NCBI GenBank assembly: GCA_964276515.1
Contig: OZ193909.1
Span: forward strand, 14,570,001-14,634,000
Length of the DNA stretch: 64,000 nt
Origin: Gordius albopunctatus
Taxonomy: Eukaryota
Direction of reading: 5' to 3'
Under the pieces are notes generated by a model. The model was not told the DNA's origin. It saw nothing but the letters and a program-made list of their open reading frames with translations, and searched no databases. This document shows positions 25,170-39,014 of this stretch, piece after piece. How positions within the stretch are numbered: position 1 is the stretch's first letter; every line of letters starts with the position of its first letter. The translations under genes and the position numbers were made by a program.

Positions 25170-25803
25170 TTAAAAATATATTGTTCTTGTTAATACCATT
25201 CATAATATGACTTTTTGACCGTCCTCTGGCTGCTGACCAATGAAAAAAATGGCAATTGGCCAAGGTGTGAATCGATTTTTTTTTCTTCGTTTTTTTAAAT
25301 TACTATTTGGCTATCATCCCTGTGCCCCCCCCCCCACAAGGGCCTATGCCTTACTGATGTGGATTCGAATCTCGGCGAGGGCAATTTTTTATTGTTTTTT
25401 AATTAATATATTGTTCTTGTTAATATCATTGATAATATGGCTTTTTAGCCGCCTCGTGGCTACTGACCAATAAAAAATGACCATTGGCCAAAGTGTGAAT
25501 CGAAATTTTTTATCTTTTTTTATGTATTTATATCCTCTTTTACCGTGTCCTGGCTGCTGATTAATGGAAAAAATGACCATTGGGCAAAGTGTGAATCGAA
25601 TTTTTTTCTCGTTTTTTTACTCTTATATATTTATATCCTCTTTTACCGTGTTCTGGCTGCTGACAAATGGAAAAAATGACCATTGACCAAAGTGTGAATC
25701 GAATTTTTTTTTACGTTTTTTTCAACTCCTAAGTAGTTATACCTTTTTTTGGCCGTCTCCTGACTGCTGTCCAATGGAAAAAATGACCATTGGCCAAAGT
25801 GTG
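25170..25803 (+). repeat. HINE-family internal tandem repeat fragment
   Basis: Several roughly 90-110 bp units containing GACCATTGGCCAAAGTGTGAATCGA, the same family as 10400-11180. Confidence 0.75.
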
Positions 25804-26227
25804 GTTGAAAAGTGTTAATCTTAGCACCTGTAAAATTTTTGAGATATACTGACACTCCCTGTGACATTTTGAGATGCGCGGTCGTAACAAGCAATAGCGG
25901 AGCTATTGCATGTCGCTGCTCATTGTGAAATTTTGAAATGCGTGGTCGTAACAGGCAATAGCGGAGCTATTGCAGATCGCTGCTCATTTTGTCGCTACCC
26001 TATTATTAATTTTTTGAGCACCTGTAACCCTATGGCCCCCTACCAGTGGCGTACGCAAGAGGGTGGTTGTGGGGTTCAAACCACCCCCGCAGATTTCGGA
26101 AAAAATATTTTTTATTTTCTAATATCGCATTATATAATAAATATTATGAAATGAGTGTTACTTAATTAACTATGGGCACTTATATTAAGGATTCTTATTT
26201 AAAAATTAAGCTGTTCAAAAAAAATCC

Positions 26228-29160
26228 AGTTTCCAGACTAGACAATAAAACGAATATTCAAATTTTAAATATTTAATTAATACAAAAGCTAGTATAAAAA
26301 ATATTAATAATTAAACGCATAAAATGAATAAGATATTATTTTATAAACAATTGCATATAATATAGCGTGTCTAGATTTGATATTCGTCTAATGTTAATAT
26401 ATATTTAAATATTTACAAGTATGTTTTAAGTTGCTAACGATTATAAATACACTAAAACATTGTCAAAGTAGGTGATTCTATACAATTATATGTCTACATA
26501 TAATAATAGCTTAATAGTAATTAATAATATGGATAGCATATTTAAATATTCACCAGTACACTTTAAGTTGTTAATGTTTATAAATATACTAAAGCACCGT
26601 CATATTAGGTTATTCTATATACAGTTACATGTGTTATGCATACATATAATAATAGTTTAATAGTAATTAATAATATAGATAGCATATTTGATTATTTACA
26701 AGTATGTTTTAAGTTGCTAATGATTATAAATACACTAAAACATTGTCAAAGTAGGTGATTCTATACAATTACATGTCTACATATAATAATAGCTTACTAG
26801 TAATTAATAATATGGATAGCATATTTAAATATTCACCAGTACAGTACACTTTAAATTGTTAATGTGTTTAAATACACTAAAGCACCTTGCATATTAGGTT
26901 ATTCTATATACAGTTGCATGTCTACATATATTAATAGCTTAATTTCAATTAATAAAATGGATAGCAAATTTAAATATTTACAAGTATGTTTTAAGTTGCT
27001 AATGATTATAAATACACTAAAATATTGTCAAAGTAGGGGATTCTATATACAGTTACATCTACATGTCTAGCTTAATTTTAATTAATGATATGGATAGCAA
27101 TAAATAATCACCAATACACTTTAAGTTGTTAATGATTATAAAAGACTAAAGCACTGTCAAAAAAGGTTATTCTATATACAGTTGCATATGATTCACCATG
27201 TCTACATATAACAGCTTAACACTTTAAGTTGCTAATGATTATAAATACACTAAAACTTCATAACTGTTAAGGGCCATATTAGGATTTATTTTGAATTTCA
27301 AAATACTGGCTACAATCTTCTCTTAATACTAAATTTGGCAGTTTAGGGACGGTTCCCCTGATGTCTCTAGTGTCATATATAACTTCTTGCAAATATGTTA
27401 GGATATTGTATGTAGATTATGTTCGGTTAGGGAAATTCCATATTTACCAATAAATTAGCTATTTAAATATTTAATCCATATCCTACAATATCTATAACAC
27501 AAACGATAGTGTGTAAACTTATGTTCTGTTTGTTGAGTCAGGTCCCAAATATTTAAAAGCCGCGCCCAGTATTTGTTGGGGATGGCGTTGAAAAATGCAA
27601 AGTTTTTTTATTAACTTACAAATCAATTGAGTATTTCATAAATTTATTTTTGTAAATGTCCACGGCAATTATGCAAACAAGTGAGACACGAAAAAAAGAC
27701 ACGACATAACAGTCAGAACAGACACTACAAGACAACCAAAAGCGAGGCCATAAATTGCATAGCAATTAATAACCAGGGGCGTTCGTTTTTTTGTTTTGGT
27801 ACATTCGCCTATCATGGGGTATTGTTCTTATAAAACTCATCTATACTCCATATAAACGTAGCACATAGCTATGTAGGCGAAATGGGTAAGAAGGGGCAAA
27901 AATGCCTATGGGAGGGGGGCAATGTAGCATGGAGTCAGATAATACTCGCTATTAATTGTTTTTTTTCAAAATTATTTACAAAAGTTTAGCTTTTTAAGTA
28001 TTTTAATGCAAAAAAACTAAGTTATTATTTTGCATTTAATACATATTTTTTAGGCATAGGTTTTCTTTCACTCATTCTTTATTATTACCTGCTTTATCAT
28101 TCATTGCCTTATATCAAATTCTAAACTAATCAAGAATATTATTTATGGCGAGGGGAAAGCAAACGGAGGGGATGTCCTTGGAAAAGCCAATAGTCATCCT
28201 TCCAAATCTTACAACTTTAAATTGAAAATTAAAGTGGATTTCTTTAACGTAAAAGGAGCGGTCATAAGCTACTATATTTGCGAGAGCAAAATAGAAGTCT
28301 TTTAAAGAAGCATATGTGCACAGCCAAAAAATCCTTATATGCTTATTTAAGAGTCTATAAATTTTGAGGTTATGACATCTAAATAATTATAATACAAAAA
28401 GATGGTTATTGGTCCTAGGACCAATTACCTAACATCTTTACCACATGGAATAGGGAAATATAGCCGAGGGGCTTATCCATGTGGTCAAAATATAATCAAA
28501 AAACGCGCGCATTTTAGCATGCTGGGAGACAATAGAGGGTTATCACAACTCTCTAAAGTCCCTTATTGGGAAATTTGTTATTAAGAGAAGATTGTAGCCA
28601 GAATTTTGAAATTCAAAATAAATCCTAATATGGCCCTTAACAGTTATGAAGTTTTAGTGTATTTATAATCATTAGCAACTTAAAACATACTTGTAAATAT
28701 TTAAATTTGCTATCCATATCATTAATTAAAACTAAGCTATTATTATATGTAGACATGTAACTGTATATAGAATCACCTACTTTGGCAATGTTTTAGTGTA
28801 TTTATAATCATTAGCAACCTAAAACATACTTGTAAATATTTAAATTTGCTATCCATATCATTAATTAAAATTAAGCCATTATTTTATGTAGACATGTAAC
28901 TGTATATAGAATCACCTACTTTGACAATGTTTTAGTGTATTTATAATCATTAGCAACTTAAAAAATACTTATAAATATTTAAATATATATTAACATTAGA
29001 CGAATATCAAATGTAGACACGCTATATTATATGCAATTGTTTATAAAATAATAGCTTATTCCTTTTATGCGTTTAATTATTAATATTTTTTATACTAGCT
29101 TTTTGTATTAATTAAATATTTAAAATTTGAATATTCGTTTTATTGTCTAGTCTGGAAACT
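26228..29160. mobile_element. Foldback-like element with long modular inverted arms
   Basis: Left arm about 26228-27350 is the reverse complement of right arm about 28558-29160 (AGTTTCCAGACTAGACAATAAAACG...). Arms hold different numbers of a roughly 140-bp tandem unit. The 9-bp flanks AAAAAATCC / AAATATTCC match at 7 of 9. Confidence 0.8.
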
Positions 29161-29309
29161 AAATATTCCTAAATTTACATTAGATTGTATGCACTATACG
29201 TTGAAATTGCCAAATGTTCCTATTGGTTTATTGGCTTTTTTCTGATCAGCTTTTTTTTGAAGAGCTTAATTTTTGAACAGAAACGATATTCAGTGGCGTA
29301 CGCAAGGGG

Positions 29310-31678
29310 AGGGTTCAATAAAGATAGAGAGAAGTTACTACAGATCGCGCAAGCTTACGATATGGCCATTGTGAATACCTTCTTTCAGAAGCGTACCGAA
29401 CATTTAGCGACGTACAGTAGTGGAAATCACCTTACACAGGTCGACTACATATTAGTGAAGCGCAAAAATTTGTGGCAAGTTAAAGATTGCAAGGTTATAC
29501 CGGGGGAAGAAATCGCCAAACAACATCGGCCAGTTGTCCTCGATATAGCAAGAAAGATTTTTCCCGTAAGGAGAAAAGTCTACACACCAAGGACAAAGTA
29601 CGAAAAGCTTAAGGATGATCATGCAAATGAAATGTTTCACACTCGAGCAACTCCGCTCTTGAAGGTTGCAGGCTTGGAGGGCGACATTAACAAAAAGTGG
29701 GGCACCATTGCAAATGTTCTAAAGGAAACGGCCTTACAAATATTGGGACGAACTAAGGGCGGCAGAGCTCACAAGCGTGAACTATGGTGGTGGAATGACT
29801 CGGTCAAAGAGGTTATAGAAGAAAAGAAGGCGTTGTACCTACGATGGTACAAAATGAAGAAAGGAGAAAACTACGAGGCATATTGTGAAGCGAAACGCAA
29901 AGCTAAGATAGCGGTCGCGATAGCGAAGAACGACGCTTACACCGAGATGGCAAACAAGCTCGATACCAAGGGCGGCGACATAGTCATGTATAAACTCGCA
30001 AAGATCAGGGAGAAAAAAAGTCGAGATGTCGGGACACTTAAAGTCATTAAAAGCGAAGAGGGACGAACGTTGTGCAAACCGAAGGAAGTCATCAAAAGAT
30101 GGAAAGATTATTTCCAAAATATGATGAACAAAACGAATGATAGAAGACCGCTAGAGAGGGTGGAACCGAACTCGAACTTGGTTTTACCATTTCAGGCTTA
30201 TGAAATAGGAGCACAACTAACGAAGATGCGGAAAGGGAAAGCGCTAGGTCCCGATGATCTACCGATCGAAGCTTGGCTTGGGTGCAAAGGAGAAGGAATC
30301 GACATAATGACAGGCCTATTTAACGCTATGCTGTATGAGAGTCGTATCCCTGACCAATGGAGGGAAAGTACGATCATACCCATATACAAAGGTAAAGGAG
30401 ACGCGCAGGAATGTGGCAACTTTAGAGGTATCAAGTTGACCTGCCACTCACTAAAACTACTAGAAAGGGTGCTAGTGAAAAGGCTCAATGACGAAGTTTG
30501 TCTCTCGCCCAATCAGTTTGGATTTGTGGCCGGTAAATCAACGATGGACCCAATCTTTGCGTTGAAGCAGACGATGGAAAAATATGGCGACATAAGAAAG
30601 AAATTACACATGGTCTTCATCGATTTAGAAAAGGCCTACGATACGGTTCCGAGAGACTTAATATGGTGGTCCCTTAGAGCCAGAAATATACGCGAAGGAT
30701 ATGTTCGACTTATCAAGAAAATGTATAATGGCGCGGTTGCATCTGTTAGGACTACCGTAGGAGTAACGAAACCCTTCCGAATAATGATCGGACTACATCA
30801 AGGATCAGCGTTAAGCCCATTCTTGTTTAATCTAATTATGGATACAATAACAAAGGACTTGCACAAGCCAGCCCCTTGGACTATGCTATATGCCGACGAT
30901 ATTGTCCTATGCGATGAAACAAGAGAAGGGGTTTTTCATCAGGCGAAAAAATGGTCAGAACGTTTCTCGGAATTCGGGTTAAAGGTCAGCGAGAAGAAAA
31001 CGGTTTACATGCAAACGATGGGCGGTAGTCCGCAAATGCACAAAATTGACGGTCCAAGGTACACGGAGGTTGATAAGTTCACATATCTTGGCTCGCTATT
31101 ACATCAAGAGGGAGGATGTACCGCCGAAGTCCATTCTCGGATCAAGAAAGCATGGCTCAAGTGGCGCAGCATCTCCGGTGTCATGTGTGACAAAAAGATA
31201 CCAATTTGGTTTAAAAGCAAGGCGTACAAAACCATCGTGCGACCGGTCTTGCTTTACGGGAGCGAAACATGGGCTGTAACCAGCGCGGAGGAGAAACTCT
31301 TGCAAGTCACGGAAATGAGAATGGTGCGATGGAGCTTAGGCTACACCAAGCTGGATCGCATGACGAACAAATCCTTGATGACAAAGATGGGTATACAAGC
31401 GACGAAGGACTTCTTAAAAGAAAATCGACTGCGGTGGTACGGCCATGTATTACGAAGAGACGTAGACGATGTCACACGCCGAACGCTGGAGATGGACGTG
31501 CCTGGAAGAAGAGGAAGGGGCAGACCACGTGCCACCTGGAAACGACTGGTCGAAAAGGATATGGACGTCAAACAGATGGAAATTGGCATGGCATTCACAC
31601 GACTCAGATGGAAGAGGCTGCTGAAAACGTACCCCACGTCTGTGGGATTTTCAACACGATAAAGAAGAAGAAGAAGAA
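29310..31678 (+). mobile_element. RTE-clade LINE, 5'-truncated, remaining ORF uninterrupted (APE C-terminus plus RT)
   Basis: NTFFQK..H..TY.SG...QVDY endonuclease end; FIDLEKAYD, GLHQGSALSP, LYADD; RTE C-terminus LRWYGHVLRR...RGRGRP; (AAG)n tail. Confidence 0.93.
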
Positions 31679-31738
31679 TGCAATACAAAATTTAATAAGT
31701 ACGAAAGCGGCGTAATACTTAATTTTACTTTAATGAAT

Positions 31739-31907
31739 CATGGGCGTAGCCGAGGGGGGGGGCAGGGAGGGGCGGTTGCTCTCTTCAAATTCCAAAAATT
31801 CCTTAAGATATATATTAAAATTATAGCTAAAATTTCAAAAAAAGTTCATTTTGCCCTCCCTAAATCATTATTGCTCTCCTCTAATTCCAATGCTGGCTAC
31901 GCCCATG
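31739..31907. mobile_element. Short MITE, CATGGGCGTAGCC family (hAT-like)
   Basis: TIR CATGGGCGTAGCC / GGCTACGCCCATG; related copies at 49496-49888, 61463-61624, 61942-62112 and fragments elsewhere. Confidence 0.75.
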
Positions 31908-33764
31908 AAATAAATGAATTTCTAATTAAAAATTATTGTTGACAATTAACAGAAGATTCAAATCCTATTATATTACTGGGAATAATGTTGCGAATAAAAA
32001 GATTTTACATAAGGTGACAGAACGTCAGAAATAACGCTATTAATCAATTAATAATTGTATCCACTAAGAATTTAAAAAAATCAATTTTGGATCTATTTTA
32101 AGCCTCGATAGGGCTTCAGAAGATTGCTGCATCTTGGATTCTACTAAAATGATCGGGCTTCTCAGATTATATTTTAAATAATTTTTTTTTACTGCAAAGC
32201 CCAGAATTTTAAGATTAAATTGAAAAATATGATAAATCCATCGTTTCAAAATAATATAATTATCAACACATCATTTATCGAAATTTTTATGGTTTTTCTC
32301 ACTTATTAGCAATTAAATTTATAGTAGGCTACGAGATAATTTCAAATTCTTAATTTGTTTAAAATTTACAAGGGCTTAAAAACATTATTTTTGGGACGGA
32401 CATAACAAAAACACCAAGCTTGGATTGAGCTGAGCCCAATGAAAAATAATGTGCAGAACTCTCGCCTAAGCAGGTGTTATTAACATCAAATTTAGAACCT
32501 TAAATTATCACAGGCATTAAATGCTGTCAAGTTGAAAAGGGAAAACAACTAAAAAATAATTTTATAGGGGAATTTCATGTTAGTTTTAAAAGTAGGTATT
32601 TATTATAGAGATAATTTGTTTTTTTAAAAGGTACAAAGTGAGACAACTTAATTATATGTTGTGTTACAATTTTTTAATATCAAATTAGCTTTCTATGTTC
32701 TCATCTTCTTTACACCAGCCTCAATAAAATTTAAGATCTAAATTTAGCTGGACAAACTCACAAGGATGCTACATTTTGTATATAGATCTTTAATTATATT
32801 GCCAAAAAAATCCCATAAATTTTTTCGATATTTGAAGAAAAAATTTGAAAACCCCTCCCAAAATAAAATCCTGCGTACGCCCCTGCCCCCTACAAAGGCC
32901 TATTACTCTACTAATATGGGTTCGAATCTTGGCGAGGGCAAATTTTTTTTATTAACCTAACACTGATTGTTCCTGTTAATAACATGCCGTACGCTGGCTA
33001 CTGACCAAACAAAAAAAAGGAACATTGGCCAAACTGTGAACTGTTGCATTTGGCCCAAATAAAAAACGTGCATCTCTTTTCAATAGACTTTAGCAGTTTA
33101 ATGGAGCTTTTCCTAGATTGAAAAACATCAAAGCTGTAGGTCATTTTACGGTAATTAAAAGGGATAATTCAAAGAAAGGCACTTTCGTCGCAAGTAGAGA
33201 TTTACGCGGAAGTGGCTAGATTTTTTAAATTATCGAAAAATTTTACAAGTTAACATCTGCTTTTTTTATACAGGCCCATCGGGACCATTGATTGTTCAAG
33301 AAGAAAACAACAACTATAAAGACAAAATCACTTAACAATAAATGATTATTGTACTTTCACCCTATTGCAAAACCCTATTTTTTTGAAAAACTCCTAAATT
33401 TGGAATAAAGTGAACTATTTTGTAAAGCAAAAAATATTAAAGTCAGCCATTTGTAGTCATTCCATTTTACTAGCATTGTCCCCTTTGGTTGTCCTTAGTA
33501 GAAAACACAAAATTATACATTTAACATTTATTTACATATCTTTATAACTTTAAGCATATAAATATTGTTTAAGCATTTTGCCATTTACTCTTTCAAATTA
33601 ACTAATTTTTCATGACTTTCACCCAAGATAAAAAGACTGTCGCAATATAAGAATATATTTAAAATATAAGTTTGACATTAACATTTTTAATAAAGATATT
33701 CATAAGAGTATTTTATCAAAAAAATCACAAATTATAAAAATATACACATTAAAAAATATTGCAG

Positions 33765-34632
33765 TCACATTTGTATTAAATCATGATTAAATCTTGTAAA
33801 ATTGCTATAAATCAATTCATGTGTAGCACGGGGTCCCATTCTGATTTCCATACAAGGCGGATCCTTTAAAGTAACTGTTGTTATTTCCAAGTAACATTCT
33901 TGGGTCAAAGTCTTATGTATTAATTTGTGTACATCACCAAAAACATTATGCATTGAACTGCATTATAAATATTTAAGCTTTAATTTTTGCTTAAAACTCA
34001 CTCAGGTTTAATTCCAAATAAATTCAAAAAATTCCATAGGCTTTCTAACAATACAAAGTAATTTATTAAATTCAAATTAAATTACCTTCACTAACTACTC
34101 CACCAGAATTATGAATATGGCTTAAAATGAGAAAAATAAGACCAAGTTTTTGTTTTATTTCTATTGGCCTATATATTTAGGTTGTAGTAATATAAAAGTA
34201 TCATGCACAAAAATAAAAATTAATACAGGCATAGCATAGACTCTTGATTCTCAAGCTTATTTACAACCAAATAACCCTTTTTGTTTTCTATGTAAACAAC
34301 ATCATAACCAAAAACCTAAACCAGAATTTTACAAATAATATTAAATTTTTTACATTGTTAAGTTTATTCACTGCTTCCTTAAACACACTTTCGAAGTTTC
34401 TACTCATGTCTTTTAAAACATATTTTACCATGTCTAAATGAGGAATAAAAATATTTGCCATAATTAAATTATAACATAAAATAATTACCAGCTCGTTTAA
34501 TAATTGCCTGCTTAGAATTTTGCGTTATGAGATAATAAATTAAATCATTTGCCTATATGCTATGAGATGTTTATATAAATAAAATACTTTGTTTTCTGTG
34601 TTATTGTTCTGTTCTTTGAAAACACCTGGCAT
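33765..34632 (-). CDS. NSMCE3: MAGE / Nse3 (SMC5/6 subunit), 7 exons, about 198 aa
   Basis: Exons 34632-34588, 34552-34489, 34433-34354, 34315-34227, 34168-34086, 34044-34002, 33957-33765 (GT-AG, 597 nt in frame). MAGE motifs IIKRADMVKYVLK, VFGY, GLIFLIL, EESLWNFL, HNVFGDVHKLI, YLE, DPP, MGPRATHE. Confidence 0.9.
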
Positions 34633-34730
34633 TTTAAATTTTAAATTGAATAAGGTACAACTTTTTGAGAAACTTTCATATCGATTATTTTACATATGGT
34701 TGTGGCGCATGTAAATTTCTATAAGAGCAC

Positions 34731-37700
34731 TGTAGAGGATAACTGAAAATATGTAATTTACGCTTAAGTTCTATGTTGCCTGTAGAGTAAATGAATACAA
34801 CACGTGATGATATATTGTATTTCCTCTTGCGTTTTTCGGATTATCGTATGTTCGATCGCGTTTGTTCTCTTCTCGCGCGTGTATACTTGTAACGTGGTTA
34901 TATCCCATTGATTCCTAATAAAGTCAAAAAGCCTTAACGTTGGCGTCGGGCCAGGATTGTTAGAACCTACATGGAATTATTCGGAGGGGGAGATTCTATT
35001 AAAACATTTCTAATTCAATAATCGTTAGAAACGACATGGAATTATTCAGATTAAGAGATTCTATTGAATTATTTCTAATGAAATAATCGTTAGAAACGAC
35101 ATGGAAATATTCAGATTATGAGATTCTATTGAAACATTTCTAATTCAATTTGAGGCCAACATCAAGGCACAATCAGGGACGTTATCGGACCCTCAGAAAA
35201 CGCGCAGGTTGCTAAGTTCTTTATCGGCGGAGGCGTTTAAGATTATCGCGGACGACGCGTATCCGGATAACCCTACCTAATAGACGTTCGAGGAAGCGAT
35301 CAGGAGAGCGAAGAAGGTGTTTAAGGGGCAGACCTGCCCTATTGCGCAAAGATTCATTTTTGGAAATATTCGATAAATGCCGGGGGAAGAGCTAATGCGA
35401 TTCGTACGCAGGCTCAAGCAGGCCTCAAAAGACTGCGGTTTTTATCCTGGGGAATTAGCGGCCAGGATGCTCGATCACGACCCAACGATGCAAGCTTCGT
35501 TGATGGCCGAGAGGGATCTCAAATGGGACAAGGCCTTGGAGATCCCCTAGGTCGGGAGACAATCGGCGAAGGCCTAAGGACAATGCACCAGCCAGTGGGC
35601 GAGGCATTTGCGGTCGACGCGATGAGGACGGGCCCGAGTATGACCAGGTTCGGCCATGCATGAGATATTTTGACTATTGATTTATATCGCTTACCAGTGC
35701 AAACAACCCGAGACCTTCCGTATATGCGTTAGGCGGCAAGGAGATAAAGATTATCGGGGACGTAATAGCCGAGGCATGTCCCACCCGGAAGCGCCTGCCG
35801 CTGTTTGTGGCGGATGTAAAGGGACCGCCCTTACTCGGAACAAATTGGATAAAAGAGTTCAGAAAAGACGTATGGGATCTAGCCACGTAGAATTCGCGAA
35901 CCGTCATGGGGCGTTACATAGTGAATTTCGTCGAGGAGAAGGCCCAAAAAGAGCTGCTCGTAACCAATAGACACGTCGAAGATATGGTTCAGTGGATGAC
36001 GGTGCAGAAAGGATCAAATCCGCAAACGGGGAGGGACATTGAAGTCGATGTGCCAGGATAAGACGGAAATCAAACCGGTGTTTATCCCAGCACCGCGAAT
36101 ACCCTTAGCGTGGAGGAGGGAGGTAGAGGAAGAATTTGACAAGTTGCTTAATTACGACATAATAAGCATGCTTTCCTAGTTACCGAAGAGGTAAAAGAGG
36201 ATACCGCAAACGCATTTATTTCACTTGACGTTATACGACAGTACACCGCCAGCGACGAGACGTTACGGCATCTCAAATAATTGATAAAGGGGACCCAGAA
36301 TGGCACAGTAGTCGCGGGTACTATTCGCCTCTACGAAAGGTACCTGCCGAAGTTACACGAGTACAATGATGTTATTTTCTACAAGGGACTATGGGTCCTC
36401 ATTCCAACCAGATTAAGGCATGCGGTGCTACAACGATTACACAAGGGCCACGGGGGCGTTAAGCGAATGCAACAGGTGGCAGCTCAATATGCATGGTGGC
36501 CAACACTGGTTCAGGATATCGCAAACCTAGCGAGAAAAGTTGCAGGGCGTGCAACTACACGGCCGCGGCACCAAAAAGGGCGCCGTTGATCAAAGGTGCT
36601 TTAGACCTTGGATCCAGGTACACGTGGATTTGTTTGGGCCAGTGCGCGGCAAGTCGTATTTAGTCTAGGTGGATAATGGAACAAAATGGTTGGAGGTTTT
36701 CAAATTAGAAGATACGTCAACCTCAACCATAATCACAAAGCTGGCTGAGGTGTTCGCCAGATTCGGTAGCCACGAGTCCTTATATCGGATAACGGTCCGT
36801 AGTTTAGAAGCTAGGAGATTCGAGGATTTTGTAGGCGTAGGGGGATAAAACAGGGTTGGTCAGAACCTTATAACCCCACGTAAAATGGATTGGCGGAAAG
36901 GTACGTGTGACTAGCAAAGGAGGAGGTGGTGCGCAGCAAGTCCGAAATTGGTTTAAGATTATTCCTAGAAAATTAAAGGGCGAATATCTACCCAGCGACT
37001 GGGATAACGCCTGGAGAAGGAATCTTGAGGCGGAAAATTCGAACCGAGTGGGAGGTGTTATGGGAAATCGAACCTTAACATTGGACGGAGAGCGGAAAAT
37101 TGCCCACGTACGACGTCGGAGACCCAATGTGGGTGCGTAAGTTTCTAGCCCGATAAATTGGTGGAGGGCACCGTTCTTTACAAGCGCGGCGCACGCTCGT
37201 TCGATATTAGGGCCCTAGGGAAAAGCCATCATCGGCATTTGGATCCGTTGAGACCAAAAAAATATTGGACTGGAGAATTGTTGGACATGAAAATGGATGG
37301 CCGGACCGGGTTACGCTCGCGTGATCGAGTCCCATTGCAAATGAGCTAATAGATGCAAGCTCCTTGCCAACGGCGTCCAGTCAAGGTTCCTTGCCAATGA
37401 TTCCCAATGACAATGCCGCTACAGAAGCGGGTGAACACAATGCCCTTCCCATGGCTCTGGAGCTTAACAAGGCCCCGCCTGAAGTTAGATACCCTCGCCG
37501 GATACGACAGGCCCCAAGCTACCTAAAACATTATCGTCGTGAAAAGGGGGGAAGTGTAGAGAATAACTGACGATGTGTAATGTATGCTTAAGTTCTATGT
37601 TGCCTGTGGAGTAAAAGGATACAATAGCTGATATATTTTATTTCCTCTTGCGTTTATATTATTATCGTACGTTCGATCGCGTTTGTACAGTACTCGCGTG

Positions 37701-37760
37701 CGTATACATGTAACGTGGTTTTATCCCATTGATTCCTAATAAAGCCAAATAGCTTTAACA
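34731..37760 (+). mobile_element. Old Gypsy-type LTR retrotransposon, internally deleted (most of RT/RNase H missing)
   Basis: Diverged LTRs 34731-34939 and 37555-37760; PBS TGGCGTCGGGCCAGGATT; PPT AAAAGGGGGGAAG; gag remnants; integrase LHKGHGG...WWP and later core motifs broken by stops. Confidence 0.88.
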
Positions 37761-38049
37761 AAAACCATCAAATGCTTATTACACAATAATATATTCTTTA
37801 AGTAAATAATTAAATATAAATAAATTAAATAATAAATAAATAAAATGAATATATTAAATTGTTATAATTTATCAAAATTCTATTAAATTTCAAGTGTCTA
37901 ATTTTATTCTAACTAATGAAAAAAAATAATATGGTGCTTAAATTAAGTCAGTTCTTCAATGATACTTTATTAAGCGAATAACATTTATAACAATGCAATA
38001 AATGGCACAATTTTTCTAAATCTCCTATTCAGGTTTCCTAAGCAACAAT

Positions 38050-38300
38050 TAAACATTATATCTAATATTAAAGATTTTGATATTTGTCACCTGTTTCACA
38101 TTGAACAGGTGAAAAATATTATTTTCAAGTTTAAAACTTGTTTTAGTCATATAATGAACCCATTTCCAAAAGAAATATTCATTTCTATAGATATTAAAGA
38201 TTTTGACATTTAACACCTGTTTCACATTGAACAGGTGGAAAAATATTATTTTCGAGTTTAAAACTTGTTTTAATCATATAATGAACCCATTTCCAAAAAA
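38050..38300. repeat. Tandem duplication of about 125 bp
   Basis: cacctgtttcacattgaacaggtg...tcatataatgaacccatttccaaaa occurs twice. Confidence 0.8.
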
Positions 38301-39014
38301 ATCTTTATCTCAATACGGCGGTACCAAGTCCGTGTGCAAAAAGTGGAGGGTTGGCGTCAGGTCGGAAACCGGCTATAAAAATCAAATCCAAAATTATGAT
38401 AATTTCAAACAAGATTTTACAAGAAAAGGCTAGGGCGTCCTCCACAAACGACGCGCACTGCATACCCCGCCCGTGCAATGTGAAAAATACACTAGGGTTA
38501 CTATAGTTGATAAATTGCTAAGCAGCTTCAACTAAAAACGCGAGCACGAACAGTAGCTGGGTAATATGCTAGTTTAGCACAATGAGTGCTAACTGTTCGG
38601 TGCAATAGTTTTAACAGTAGCACTTAAAAATGCTGGAGAAGTTAGTCAAAGCAGCCAAATCTGTTAAAATATTTAGCAGGAGCTCGAGCAGGAAATTCGA
38701 GCAGATAGTAGATTGAATTACTTTTGTTAAACTTTTTTAGTTACTAACAAAATTTGCTCATATTATATATCATAAATAAATTAAGAACTTTGCCCCCCCC
38801 CCTATTTTTTATCCTCTTTCTCACCAGAGGAGAGAGGGGGGGAGTGTTTTGCCCCCCCCCCTATTTTTTATCCTTCTTCTCACCAGAAAGAAGATGGGGG
38901 CCACCGGTGAGAAAGAGGGAAAAAATAAGGGGGGGGGGGTAAATCACCCCCCGCCTCCCTAGGTGAGAAAGAGGGTAAAAAATAGGGGGGGGGGGGAAAT
39001 CACCCCCCGTTCTC

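Noticed and set aside
29185..29309. Hydrophobic N-terminus on the 825-aa RTE ORF
   Set aside because: Chance read-through from AT-rich flank and a MITE end into a 5'-truncated LINE.
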